From positions 1 through 64,000 of the forward strand of contig CAVWCX010000007.1 in the NCBI GenBank assembly GCA_963753595.1: a stretch of DNA of 64,000 bases. The letters are read 5' to 3'. The notes beneath the pieces were generated by a model. That model was not told the origin of the DNA and ran no database searches. It worked only from the letters and a program-made list of their open reading frames with translations. The translations under genes and the position numbers were made by a program. Positions within the stretch are counted from its first letter, which is position 1. Every line of letters begins with the position of its first letter. Positions 39,166 to 48,848 of the stretch are shown piece by piece. This DNA comes from Candidatus Methanoperedenaceae archaeon. GTDB lineage: Archaea > Halobacteriota > Methanosarcinia > Methanosarcinales > Methanoperedenaceae.

Positions 39166-39205
39166 GTAAGTGGGCTATATGAAGGGGATGTTAATTTAAG
39201 CTTGT

Positions 39206-39231
39206 CATCAAAAATCTGCGGATTTTTGATG
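39206..39231. repeat. Perfect 11-bp hairpin upstream of rqcH
   Basis: CATCAAAAATC-tgcg-GATTTTTGATG. Confidence 0.75.
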
Positions 39232-39424
39232 TTTGTTGGGGCAATGACTACAGGTGCATTTTCTTTATCTGGTCTTTTGCTTTTCGGGCTTCGTTTTCAA
39301 GACCGATTTTCTCAAATATTTCGAGAGCTTTTTGTGTCGAATTAAACCGTCTCAAAAAATCGGTAATTTCAAATAACATCACTTAACATATCTCCATATA
39401 TCAATATACTCCAGAGCCAAATTT

Positions 39425-39982
39425 ATGCCCCGTCTTCCCCCAAACCAGCGCCTTACAACTGATTTTCCAGTCCTTCATTTTGGAAAAGTACCGGAATTCG
39501 ATAGCAAGACATGGGATTTCCGTGTTGAAGGGCTTGTTGAAAATCCAGTCAGGCTGACATACGATGAATTACTCGCGCTTGAAAAAACGGTGGATGTAAG
39601 CGACTTTCACTGTGTGACAGGATGGAGCCGGTTTGAAAATAAATGGGAGGGCATTCGATTCAGTGACTTGGTAAAACTTGTAAGGCCAAAAGAAAATGCC
39701 CGGTTCGCCACGATTGAGGCTGACGGTGGATACACAACCAGCCTGCCACTTTCGGAACTCATGGAGCATGATGTCATTCTTGCATACAATTTTGAGGGAA
39801 AGCCCCTTGAACCCTTACATGGAGGGCCGCTTCGGCTTGTTGTCCCGAAAAAATACGCTTATAAGAGCGCAAAATGGGTAAGAAGAGTTGTATTCACGCA
39901 AGAACAGGAATTGGGCTTCTGGGAGCAGAGGGGGTACAGCGACAGCGCAGACCCATGGAAAGAGGAGAGGTATTCGTATTAA
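39425..39982 (+). CDS. Sulfite oxidase-like molybdopterin-binding oxidoreductase (YuiH-like)
   Basis: RLPPNQ..FPVL, DFHCVTGWS, HGGPLRLVVP..Y.YKSAKW, GFWE.RGY...DPW.EERY. Confidence 0.9.
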   Translation: MPRLPPNQRLTTDFPVLHFGKVPEFDSKTWDFRVEGLVENPVRLTYDELLALEKTVDVSDFHCVTGWSRFENKWEGIRFSDLVKLVRPKENARFATIEADGGYTTSLPLSELMEHDVILAYNFEGKPLEPLHGGPLRLVVPKKYAYKSAKWVRRVVFTQEQELGFWEQRGYSDSADPWKEERYSY

Positions 39983-40003
39983 ACTGAAGTATTATGATTG
40001 ACT

Positions 40004-40228
40004 TTAACTTGTATTTTCTGCGGTTGCATGTTGTAATTTCTGATGTTTTGCAATAAGTTCCCTGACTGTTGAAACTAACTGAACCGGAATTTCCATTGCA
40101 GTTTGGGTTCTGTTCTTGAAAGCAGCTTCATCTTCTTCCGTAGCTTCTTCCTGGGTTTGTTTTTCATAATGAGAAATAACCGTCTTTACCCTATTCTCGT
40201 CCCAGCCTTTTGGAAGTTTACTTTTCAT
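40004..40228 (-). CDS. Probable antitoxin partner of the DUF4258 protein
   Basis: 74-aa ORF whose start overlaps the upstream stop (ATGA); P.GWDE.RV..VI.HYE.Q..EEA..EDE pattern. Confidence 0.6.
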   Translation of the reverse strand: MKSKLPKGWDENRVKTVISHYEKQTQEEATEEDEAAFKNRTQTAMEIPVQLVSTVRELIAKHQKLQHATAENTS

Positions 40229-40506
40229 TTTTTCTTTTGACTCCTGCGTTTATATGCAATTAATGGTTTGCCTATTAAATCAAAGGCAGTAATTATAAAA
40301 ATACTTTTTGGTTCATGATCAAGAACATAAACAACCCTCAAATAACGTCCGGCGCGGGTTTGACCAATAGCTACCCTTGAACCATCTTTACCTGAGCGAT
40401 CTTCTCCTGGCTTCAATAAAACATCTTCTACTTCATCTTCAGATACATTATGGTTATAGATATGGGGCCGACCTGTTTCCGGATCGATGTAGTAACGGAT
40501 GTTCAT
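40225..40506 (-). CDS. DUF4258/BrnT-like toxin
   Basis: HI..HNVS..EVE.VL, G.T.AGRYLRVVY, IITAF motif. Confidence 0.7.
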   Translation of the reverse strand: MNIRYYIDPETGRPHIYNHNVSEDEVEDVLLKPGEDRSGKDGSRVAIGQTRAGRYLRVVYVLDHEPKSIFIITAFDLIGKPLIAYKRRSQKKK

Positions 40507-40533
40507 ATGTTAACCTTTATTATATTATTGATG

Positions 40534-41070
40534 TCATTTTCCATGCAACAATTCGCTTATCCTCACAAGTGGTATTAGTTCAACACCCTCATCCGCAAGT
40601 GCTTCCGTCGCTCCTTCCTCGCGGTCAACAACCACTATTACATGTCGGATAACAAGACCCTCTTCCTTTAAAAGTTTGATCGCTTTCAAAACAGAACCAC
40701 CAGTCGTGGCGACATCTTCAACCATGAGAACAGTGCTGTTTTTGATAAAATCCCCTACAATCTGCCCTTTTGTTCCGTATTTCTTGGCTTCTTTCCTGAT
40801 TATTATAAGCGGCAGGTCAGTTTCAAGTGATACTGCGACAGCTATCGGAACGCCCCCAAGAGCGACACATCCTATATAATCAGCTTTAGTTGAGTGCTGC
40901 TTTATCATTCCAGAAATTTCATGAGCGATCTGTTTCAGGATGCGGGGAGATGCGCTTGCTTTTTTGATATCGATATAATATTTGCTCTTCTTTCCGGATG
41001 CAAGGGTAAAATCCCCGAATTTAATTGCTCCGCATTCTTTCAGGGAATCTGTAAGTGATGTCATTACCAT
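40534..41070 (-). CDS. pyrE: Orotate phosphoribosyltransferase
   Basis: FGDFTLASGKKSKYYID, RKEAKKYG, VEDVATTGGS, VVDREEG. Confidence 0.95.
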   Translation of the reverse strand: MVMTSLTDSLKECGAIKFGDFTLASGKKSKYYIDIKKASASPRILKQIAHEISGMIKQHSTKADYIGCVALGGVPIAVAVSLETDLPLIIIRKEAKKYGTKGQIVGDFIKNSTVLMVEDVATTGGSVLKAIKLLKEEGLVIRHVIVVVDREEGATEALADEGVELIPLVRISELLHGK

Positions 41071-41624
41071 GGCTCCTTTTTTAATCTGGCATAATATCCT
41101 ATAATATTTGTCAACCGATGCAAAAGCGGTGTGAATAGAACAACAGTTACCATTATCCACGGCTCTGCAAGAAACTTCTCTGAAAACCACACAGGGTCAA
41201 ATGCGTATGTTAAGATCCAGGCGCCAGCCACAAAATCAAGCTGGTCAACAAGAGGAAATTTTGCACCGCGTTCAAACCCAAGCCTTCTTTTAAAAAAACT
41301 TTTTGTCATATCACCAATGAGAGCGCCAAAAGACAGCATTAATATCGATATAAAAGTGAACGTCCCGAGATATTGCAGTGACGTGACCTGCATCTGGATA
41401 AGACCTATGATAACTCCGCAAATCGTACCCCCGATAAGGCCGCGAAATGTCTTGCCGTCACCAAATATCCTTCGGCCGTCTTTCCAGTTCTTCCCCAGGT
41501 CAATGGGTGTCCCGCCCCCGAAAACAACAGCAGTCGGATTTGCAAGATATGCCGGAAGCATCAACCATGAAGCTTTCAGGATCAATCCGAAAATAATTAC
41601 AATAATTTCAAACATCAGCCTCAC
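41064..41624 (-). CDS. carS: CDP-archaeol synthase (DUF46)
   Basis: [12 protein letters not shown]...[35 protein letters not shown]. Confidence 0.93.
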   Translation of the reverse strand: MRLMFEIIVIIFGLILKASWLMLPAYLANPTAVVFGGGTPIDLGKNWKDGRRIFGDGKTFRGLIGGTICGVIIGLIQMQVTSLQYLGTFTFISILMLSFGALIGDMTKSFFKRRLGFERGAKFPLVDQLDFVAGAWILTYAFDPVWFSEKFLAEPWIMVTVVLFTPLLHRLTNIIGYYARLKKEPW

Positions 41625-42079
41625 TGCTCATGGATTACAGGCGTAAATTTCTCAACTTTAACACCTGCTTTATCAAAAAAAACCAGGGATTCCTTATCCG
41701 GATATACCGTTCCGAATACGACTTTTTCGATCCTTGAATTGATCAGCATCTTTGCGCACAAGATGCACGGCTGGTGGGTACAATAAACCGTTGCGTTCTC
41801 TATACTTACACCGTGAAGCGCAGCCTGGATAATTGCATTTTGCTCAGCATGGACGGCGCGGCACAGTTCATGACGTGTCCCTGATGCGATATTGTTCTGC
41901 TGTCTTATGCACCCTATGTCAAGACAGTGTTCAAGGTTCCTCGGCGCTCCGTTATAACCTGTGGAAAGTATCCTCTTATCCTTCACTATTACCGCCCCTA
42001 CCTGGTTCCTGAGGCATGTGGAGCGTTTCGCAACGATCGTGGCTATTTCCATGAAATATTCATCCAGTGTTGGTCGCAT
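41621..42079 (-). CDS. dCMP deaminase family protein
   Basis: [36 protein letters not shown]. Confidence 0.92.
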   Translation of the reverse strand: MRPTLDEYFMEIATIVAKRSTCLRNQVGAVIVKDKRILSTGYNGAPRNLEHCLDIGCIRQQNNIASGTRHELCRAVHAEQNAIIQAALHGVSIENATVYCTHQPCILCAKMLINSRIEKVVFGTVYPDKESLVFFDKAGVKVEKFTPVIHEQ

Positions 42080-42138
42080 CGGCGATAAATAACCATCAAA
42101 CGATAAATATTTACTGCTTAAAGAATCAATTGTCCAAT

Positions 42139-42828
42139 ATGAAATCCATCGTTTTACTTTCATCTGGTCTGGATTCCACTGTCGCCTTCAAAGAAGCATA
42201 TGACATAAGTGATGAGATCTTGTGCGTGACTTTTGACTACGGCCAGAAAGCAAGAGAAAAAGAGCTCTCATTTGCAAAAACGATTTGTGAACGATTTAAA
42301 GCAGGACACATTGTCATAGAACTTCCATGGTACAAGTCATTCCGGGGTGCACTGACAGGAGGAAGCGCCCTGCCAATAATATCAGGACATGAACTCGACA
42401 ATAAGGAAGTTACGAAAAAATCAGCGGAAATAGTATGGGTACCCGCGCGTAATGTTGTTTTTCTTTCAATAGGTGCAGCCCTTGCCGAGAATTATAAATA
42501 TGACACCATCGTCACAGGTTTTGATATCGAGGAAGCTGCAACGTTTCCGGACAATACGATCGAATTTGTAGGGCGTTTCAATAAGATGTTAGAATTCGGA
42601 ACTCTCACCAAAACTTCGGTCTATGCTCCCCTGATATCCATGAATAAATCTGATATCGTAAAGCGAGGTCTTGAAATAGGAGCACCTCTTGAATGGTCAT
42701 GGTCATGTTACGAAGGATCAGAAAAACCATGCGGAACATGTGAATCCTGTCTCAGGAGAAAACGCGCATTTGAAATTTCCGGTACAAAAGATCCTTTACT
42801 TGAAAGATTAGAGGCAGTGTTTCCATAA
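42139..42828 (+). CDS. queC: 7-cyano-7-deazaguanine synthase
   Basis: [36 protein letters not shown]. Confidence 0.93.
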   Translation: MKSIVLLSSGLDSTVAFKEAYDISDEILCVTFDYGQKAREKELSFAKTICERFKAGHIVIELPWYKSFRGALTGGSALPIISGHELDNKEVTKKSAEIVWVPARNVVFLSIGAALAENYKYDTIVTGFDIEEAATFPDNTIEFVGRFNKMLEFGTLTKTSVYAPLISMNKSDIVKRGLEIGAPLEWSWSCYEGSEKPCGTCESCLRRKRAFEISGTKDPLLERLEAVFP

Positions 42829-42842
42829 TTTGAACTGAATAT

Positions 42843-43271
42843 TTATTCCAGTTCGAACTTGATTGTGCACTCGCCCACTGTACCGGGTTTATCAACACCT
42901 TTTGTGATTACGTTCTTCCTGATCTTCTTTACGGCCGCATATTTCGCTGCCTGGACTATAGGACATGCTGTTGCCATTCCTCCTTTCCTCAGGATCTCAT
43001 TACCGTGGCAAATTGCACACCCTTTGATATCAAGAGTATAATTCTTTTCATCGCAGTTGATTTTCACATGTTTTGCAAATTCAAGTTCGTTCTTGAGATA
43101 ATCCTCAAAACTCTTTGCAAATTCATCGTTACTTTTCAGGTCCCCTGCTTTATCCGCCCAGTTATCGGCAAATATTGAACCCACTTTTGCATTTACTTTT
43201 TTTGCATCCTCACCAAGTGCTTTTATCACAGTGCTATGGTATTGTTTAAAGAAATTCAGGCTTGTTGTCAT
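42843..43271 (-). CDS. Stand-alone V4R/methanogen-output-domain-like protein
   Basis: Spaced Cys pattern GCAICH...ACP...GECTIKF resembling V4R/MetOD1 folds; no signal peptide. Confidence 0.5.
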   Translation of the reverse strand: MTTSLNFFKQYHSTVIKALGEDAKKVNAKVGSIFADNWADKAGDLKSNDEFAKSFEDYLKNELEFAKHVKINCDEKNYTLDIKGCAICHGNEILRKGGMATACPIVQAAKYAAVKKIRKNVITKGVDKPGTVGECTIKFELE

Positions 43272-43313
43272 GTTACCTCAGATTTTATAGCTGTTTTGAC
43301 AAAACTATACATA

Positions 43314-43388
43314 ACCATAATCCGATATAAAGATTATGGTATTTTCAGGAATAAAGTGTGATCAAAGTGTGACACCTTTCTCACACCT
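43314..43388. promoter_or_regulatory. Divergent promoter with palindrome and phased repeats
   Basis: ACCATAATC-N9-GATTATGGT around a minus-strand TTTATAT box; AAAGTGTGA twice at 11-nt spacing followed by inverted ACACCT twice. Confidence 0.55.
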
Positions 43389-43448
43389 GTAGTTAATATA
43401 TTGTTCATTCAAAGTGTTGTTTAAAATATCACGCTTACTTGAATACAG

Positions 43449-45026
43449 TTGATCATGCAATTCGATAGGAATAATCCCGAAATTAACATAAGATGGACTT
43501 TGAAACAGCTCCTGAAGTTAATATTGATAATAGTAATAGTTTTGTCCATTGGATATCTAATTGAAAATAGCCCATATATCCATGGGATGTTCAGTCCTCT
43601 TGATCTTTTGATCGAGTTCTTTTTTGTTTTTGTATCCTTGTCCATTTTTGCGATGACCTGGTTCGCATACAGCCAGAACCAGGATGATCATACGCTTTTC
43701 ATGGGAGCCACTTTTTTAATCATAGGGATATTTGAACTATTTCACATACTTTCTTATCCTTTCATGCCTGATTTTTTTACTCCGAACTCAATTCAAAAAG
43801 CAAGAATTTTCAGTGATGTTGTACAGGTAATTATCGCGCCATTATTCCTGATCAGCGCATACCTGTTCAAGGATACACTCAGGCTGCTCAACAGGAATAT
43901 TCTTTTTATTTCGGCAGTTATCTTATCAGTATTACCTCTTGTAACAATGTTTTATTTAACATTCCTGTTGAATGAATACCCAAAAATATATTATTCCGAA
44001 GGCGAACCATCTGGATTAAGAATATCTTTATTCCTGTTAAGTATATTAATAACGTTATATGCAAGTTACCTGTATGCAAAAAGACTCCAACAAAATAAAG
44101 ACCAGGATATTATTAATCTCATTTATGGATTTAATATCATAGTTTTTAGCGACCTTATAATGAATACATCAGGATTTCCAGGGATCTTATTAAAAGGCGC
44201 AGGTTTCTATTTTGTATATCTTGCACTTCATCAATCGTACATAGAATTACCATATAAAAAATTAATGATAGCTGAAGAATCACTAAAAGTATCAAAGGAA
44301 GAAGCTGAGCGTGCAAACCAGGTAAAATCCGAATTCCTGTCAACGATGAGCCACGAGCTTCGCACACCTTTGAATTCTATAATTGGCTTTTCTGACCTGT
44401 TGAAACAAAAAATGATGGGCGATCTAAACGAGAAACAGGAACGTTATATTGATAATATAATCAAGAGCAGTAAACATCTTCTCGACCTGATCAATGATAT
44501 TCTTGACATAAGCAAGGTAGAAGCGGGGAAGATAGAACTGAACGTTGAGAAGATTTATTTAACCCCAATAATAAATGATACTATGGAACTTGTAAAAGCT
44601 ACCGCCTCAAAACATAATGTAACTCTAAAGAAAGAATTTGATCCTCAGATCGAATTCATTGAAGCCGATAAACAGAAATTTAAACAGATACTTTTCAACC
44701 TGCTAAGCAATGCAGTCAAATTCAGCAGGACTGATGGCGGGACTGTAACCATAACCACAAGTAAACATGATGAAATGGCGCAAATTTCAGTATCGGACAC
44801 TGGTATTGGTATCAGGAAAGAAGATTTGGGAAAACTCTTCAATAAGTTCCAGCAGATCGATTCCGGCACTTCCAGGAAATATGGTGGTACAGGTCTTGGT
44901 CTTGCTATTTCAAAGCACCTGGTAGAATTACATGGAGGAAATATTTGGGCAGAGAGTAAATATGGGCAAGGGAGTACTTTTATTTTTCAATTACCTTTAA
45001 CAGCAGAAAAGAAGGTTGGGAATTAA
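43449..45026 (+). CDS. Membrane sensor histidine kinase (MASE3-like N-terminus)
   Basis: Multi-TM domain with FH.LSYP.MP; H-box [10 protein letters not shown]; N-box NLLSNAVKF; DTGIG; GGTGLGL. Confidence 0.93.
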   Translation: MIMQFDRNNPEINIRWTLKQLLKLILIIVIVLSIGYLIENSPYIHGMFSPLDLLIEFFFVFVSLSIFAMTWFAYSQNQDDHTLFMGATFLIIGIFELFHILSYPFMPDFFTPNSIQKARIFSDVVQVIIAPLFLISAYLFKDTLRLLNRNILFISAVILSVLPLVTMFYLTFLLNEYPKIYYSEGEPSGLRISLFLLSILITLYASYLYAKRLQQNKDQDIINLIYGFNIIVFSDLIMNTSGFPGILLKGAGFYFVYLALHQSYIELPYKKLMIAEESLKVSKEEAERANQVKSEFLSTMSHELRTPLNSIIGFSDLLKQKMMGDLNEKQERYIDNIIKSSKHLLDLINDILDISKVEAGKIELNVEKIYLTPIINDTMELVKATASKHNVTLKKEFDPQIEFIEADKQKFKQILFNLLSNAVKFSRTDGGTVTITTSKHDEMAQISVSDTGIGIRKEDLGKLFNKFQQIDSGTSRKYGGTGLGLAISKHLVELHGGNIWAESKYGQGSTFIFQLPLTAEKKVGN

Positions 45027-45434
45027 ATGGTGCAAATGAATGTACTCGTTGTAGAAGATAATCCTTTAAATATGGAACTTGTCATTGAAATCCTAAAATC
45101 ATTAGGATTTGTCGTATCCGGGGCAATTAATGGGGAAGAAGCGATAAAAATGGCTGATAAGGAACACTATGATTTGATCCTGATGGATATAGAGCTGCCG
45201 GGGATGGATGGCATATCTGCCATAAGGATCATAAAAAGCAAGCCCGGATATAAAAATGTACCAAATATAGCTTTGACTGCTTTTGCTATGAAAGGGGACC
45301 GGGAAAAATTCCTGGCGGCAGGCTTTGATGATTATATGGCAAAACCAATAGATGTACCAGGTTTCATGAAACAAATGCAGAAATATAAAAAATCCTATGA
45401 TATTATATATGATTTTGGAGGTATTAAATGGTAA
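45027..45434 (+). CDS. Single-domain response regulator (DivK/CheY-like)
   Basis: VVEDN, LILMDIELPGMDG, ALTA.AM.GD, Y.AKP. Confidence 0.93.
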   Translation: MVQMNVLVVEDNPLNMELVIEILKSLGFVVSGAINGEEAIKMADKEHYDLILMDIELPGMDGISAIRIIKSKPGYKNVPNIALTAFAMKGDREKFLAAGFDDYMAKPIDVPGFMKQMQKYKKSYDIIYDFGGIKW

Positions 45435-46276
45435 ATCAAGATAATAGGGCAAAAGTCCTTGTGGTTGATGATGAACCTGCAAATGTAGAGCTTATTTTTG
45501 GCTATCTTGAAAATTATTATGACTTAATACCAGCATACAGCGGAAAAGAAGCGCTTGAAAAAGTGATCTCTGATAAACCTGATATTATTCTCCTGGATAT
45601 TAAGATGCCCCAGATCAATGGATTTGAAGTATGTGAAAAAATTAAACAACAGGATACTACAAGGTTCATTCCAGTAGTAATGGTCACAGCATTGTCTGAA
45701 ATAGAAGAAAAGATCAAGGCTATAGAATCTGGAGCCGACGACTTTCTTTCTAAACCGCTTAACGGCCTGGAGCTGTGTACCCGCGTAAAATCACTTCTGA
45801 AGATAAAAAAATATCATGATGAACTTGTCAGGAGCAAAGAACAGATCGAGGCTCAAAATGATTTTAAAACTATTATGACGGACATACTTCCTCTTATCCT
45901 CGGGAGTATTCCTCCTGGAAAAATGACTGAAGTAATAACCCGTATGAGTGAACAGGTTGAAGATATTATCTGGGCTAAATATATACATGAGATCCCAAAA
46001 GATAGCGCACAAACTGCAAATATCACTTGCGGTATTTTGAACAAAATGGGTGGGAGCTTTTCAGTAAAAGAAGTAAGCGAAAAAGGCTATATTATAATAA
46101 ATAATAAATGCCCATGGGGGGAAAATGGAATTATAAATCCGGTACTTTGCATGATGACAAAAGCGATCTTTGCCAGGATTGGTGTTCATGTATATAAAGA
46201 AATTAATGTAGATATCAAAAAAACCATAGCTGGTGGCGATGATTGCTGCCTGGTGGAATTATTCATGAGAGTCTGA
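45428..46276 (+). CDS. Response regulator with C-terminal methanogen output domain 1 (V4R-like)
   Basis: REC domain (VVDD, LLDIKMP, KP) plus MGG.F...KCPW...LCMMT..IF...TIA.GD..C. Confidence 0.85.
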   Translation: MVNQDNRAKVLVVDDEPANVELIFGYLENYYDLIPAYSGKEALEKVISDKPDIILLDIKMPQINGFEVCEKIKQQDTTRFIPVVMVTALSEIEEKIKAIESGADDFLSKPLNGLELCTRVKSLLKIKKYHDELVRSKEQIEAQNDFKTIMTDILPLILGSIPPGKMTEVITRMSEQVEDIIWAKYIHEIPKDSAQTANITCGILNKMGGSFSVKEVSEKGYIIINNKCPWGENGIINPVLCMMTKAIFARIGVHVYKEINVDIKKTIAGGDDCCLVELFMRV

Positions 46277-46331
46277 CCAATGTAGGGATTGAATTTATAA
46301 ACAATTAAACATAATATAAATATAACATATC

Positions 46332-47063
46332 ATGGAACGAATACAAACTGGAATTACGGGGCTTGATGAAATGATAGGGGGAGGATATCCTAAAGGCCGC
46401 ACTATGTTAGTTCTCGGGATGACAGGTTCGGGCAAAACCATATTGGGCTTGAGTTTTATTCATAAAGCCTGTATTGAAGGACGAAAATCCCTTATAATCG
46501 CTACCGAGGAATTACCAGGAGACGTGATTGCCCAGTCGGGATCAGTTGGTATGGATCTTGAGGAATTCAACAAAAATGGTTTACTGGGAATAGATAAAGT
46601 CTATGAAGAACGAACAGGACATGCTAAGGAATTATTAGCTTACGGAATAACGGATACCGATAAACTGCAATCCAATATTATCGGATTATTGGAAAGAATA
46701 CCCAAGGATGTAGAGAGCGTTTTGATTGATAATTTAGGTGTTTTTACACTTAACATGTCTGCAAACGAGTTCAGGTCACAGATCGACTCATTGGTTGCGG
46801 GATTGACCAAAAGAAATATCACAGCCTTGCTGATAATGGACCTGTCAGCAGACAACCGCACAGAAAACATTGCTTCATATTCTGTTTATGGCGTATTGAG
46901 GACTTCGATCAAGGATAATCCCTTTACAGGAGCAAGAGAACGCCTGTTAGAAGTCCTGAAGATACGGAATACCAAAATATCCTTATCCCCCATCATGTTT
47001 GAAATTACTTCCAAAGGTATAGAATTTTTAAAGAAAGGAACTGGCGAAATACATGGCAAATAA
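46332..47063 (+). CDS. KaiC/RAD55-family ATPase
   Basis: TGITGLDEMIGGG.P, Walker A GMTGSGKT, ATEE, KIRNT. Confidence 0.9.
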   Translation: MERIQTGITGLDEMIGGGYPKGRTMLVLGMTGSGKTILGLSFIHKACIEGRKSLIIATEELPGDVIAQSGSVGMDLEEFNKNGLLGIDKVYEERTGHAKELLAYGITDTDKLQSNIIGLLERIPKDVESVLIDNLGVFTLNMSANEFRSQIDSLVAGLTKRNITALLIMDLSADNRTENIASYSVYGVLRTSIKDNPFTGARERLLEVLKIRNTKISLSPIMFEITSKGIEFLKKGTGEIHGK

Positions 47064-47742
47064 ATTATTACCTACAGGGCTTCCAGCTCTTGATAAAGAA
47101 CTGGATGGCGGTTTGCCTCCGGGTTCTTTAGTTTACCTTATGGCGGATTCTATGACCATGGGGGAGATTTTCTTATACCAGTTCACCCAGCAAAGACCAA
47201 GCTATTATATAAATACTGAACGTAAACCTGAATATATATTAAATAATTTAAAACAATTCGGGTTTGATGTATCCGGTATAAAATTCATAGATATACATGA
47301 GAAATATTATGAAAATATAAGCAAATTGCTGGATAGGGGAGAACTCAGGGATTACAGGGTACTGGATTTTTTTATTAAAGAGCTTGAAATTATCGAAGGT
47401 AAGGAAATAAATCTTATTGTGGATACTATATCATTTTTTCAGAATCTTGAAGTAAAAAGGAGCAAAATCAGGGAACTTATAGATAAACTTTATGGTACTG
47501 TGAAACGAACGGAAGGGCTCGGATTCCTTTATGGGATCAAAGATGAGAACCGTTCCCTTATTGAAAATGAAGTAATAAATATCTGCGATGTGGTCTTTGA
47601 TATTTCACTTATAAAAAAAGCAGATAAAACAATTACTGAATTGACAATACCAAAAGCAAGAGACCGCCATATCCATGGAAATGTACTTAAATTCAAGATA
47701 GAGGGCGGGATCATAATGGATACCTCAAAAGAGATAGCCTGA
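47053..47742 (+). CDS. KaiC/RAD55-family protein with degenerate Walker A
   Basis: TGLPALDKELDGGLPPGS; P-loop replaced by ADSMTMGE; NTER; DTS..IA C-terminus. Confidence 0.82.
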   Translation: MANKLLPTGLPALDKELDGGLPPGSLVYLMADSMTMGEIFLYQFTQQRPSYYINTERKPEYILNNLKQFGFDVSGIKFIDIHEKYYENISKLLDRGELRDYRVLDFFIKELEIIEGKEINLIVDTISFFQNLEVKRSKIRELIDKLYGTVKRTEGLGFLYGIKDENRSLIENEVINICDVVFDISLIKKADKTITELTIPKARDRHIHGNVLKFKIEGGIIMDTSKEIA

Positions 47743-47782
47743 GTAAATTTAGGAGATAAAATGGGAAATACCTGGCACGGTA

Positions 47783-48847
47783 TCAGACTTTCCTCAGCAC
47801 CCCGATCTTTGGCTCGTAGCATCTTCCTTCATCCATAAGCTCTTTTAAGGATAATTCCACACTTTTCGCATCTATCCCTGCTTTCTGTGCCGTTTCAATA
47901 ACTTTTGAAAAGGATGTGCCTTTCCCGGTATCAAGTTCATCGATTATGGCTGCAAGTATCTCTTTTGGCTCAGGTGGTTCTTTTTGAGAATCGGCCGGAA
48001 TATCCTCAATACCCATATCCTCTAAATTTTGTTCATGCGCTGCCGGTTTATTATTTCCTGAACTTAAAGCGCTGTATTGAGGTGATTCACTCATTTTGTC
48101 AAAAGATCGTTCATGGGTTTTGAATTCGTCTATATTTTTCCCTGGAACATCCTGTTCTTTTGTTTTTTCCGGTTCCCGGGGCGGCTTTATGATCCCGCTA
48201 TCAGATGCAACTGTATCAACTGCATGAGCAAGTGTTTTTTTAAGTTCAATTAAGGTTTTATCCAGGTTTTTATAATGCTTGATCGCAAGCATCACGCCAT
48301 TGAGAAGTGCTATGTTCGTTACTTTCTTAGAAAGGAATTCCTGCAATTCATTTCCCGAAAATCCCGACTTTAAAGCATCTTCGATAATGTTTATGCGCTC
48401 CAGTGTTCTTTCTGCAGTTTCCAGCACCCACCTGTCCCTTTGCTTTTCATCAGAAGCATTTATTTCTTCAGGCCGCACAGATAAATAAACTGCACCGTCT
48501 TCCGGTTCATATTTTCTGGCTTTGCCTACAAGCGCAATATAAGCAGGAACATGTAACTCAGACAAAAATATGGCGGCCTCTGGCTGGTACTGGCCGGCGT
48601 ATACAGTAAAAACCCCGGAAGGATCGGCTATGCGCGCCCGCCAGAGGTTATTATCTTTGCCGATATTTTCAACTTCAGTGACAACCCCGATAATAAAGAG
48701 CCGATTGCATTTAACGCCAGTTGGCGTAATTATGTAATTTGGAGCCCTTTCATCGCCGTCACTGACATACAGATTTGACATGTTGAATTCATGTGCATAA
48801 ATGCGCCATGCGATTTCTCTGTCCATGATTTTCTCTATTTTTTCCAT
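47783..48847 (-). CDS. RPA-associated OB-fold protein (RPA32-like) with C-terminal winged helix
   Basis: RE.AWR.YA.E, APNY.ITPTG..CNR.F..GV.TE, YAGQYQPEA, G.CYEP. Confidence 0.85.
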   Translation of the reverse strand: MEKIEKIMDREIAWRIYAHEFNMSNLYVSDGDERAPNYIITPTGVKCNRLFIIGVVTEVENIGKDNNLWRARIADPSGVFTVYAGQYQPEAAIFLSELHVPAYIALVGKARKYEPEDGAVYLSVRPEEINASDEKQRDRWVLETAERTLERINIIEDALKSGFSGNELQEFLSKKVTNIALLNGVMLAIKHYKNLDKTLIELKKTLAHAVDTVASDSGIIKPPREPEKTKEQDVPGKNIDEFKTHERSFDKMSESPQYSALSSGNNKPAAHEQNLEDMGIEDIPADSQKEPPEPKEILAAIIDELDTGKGTSFSKVIETAQKAGIDAKSVELSLKELMDEGRCYEPKIGVLRKV

Positions 48848-48848
48848 A

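Noticed and set aside
42843-43271. c-type cytochrome because of CAICH
   Set aside because: No signal peptide or TM segment, and the Cys spacing fits a cytoplasmic V4R-like metal site better.
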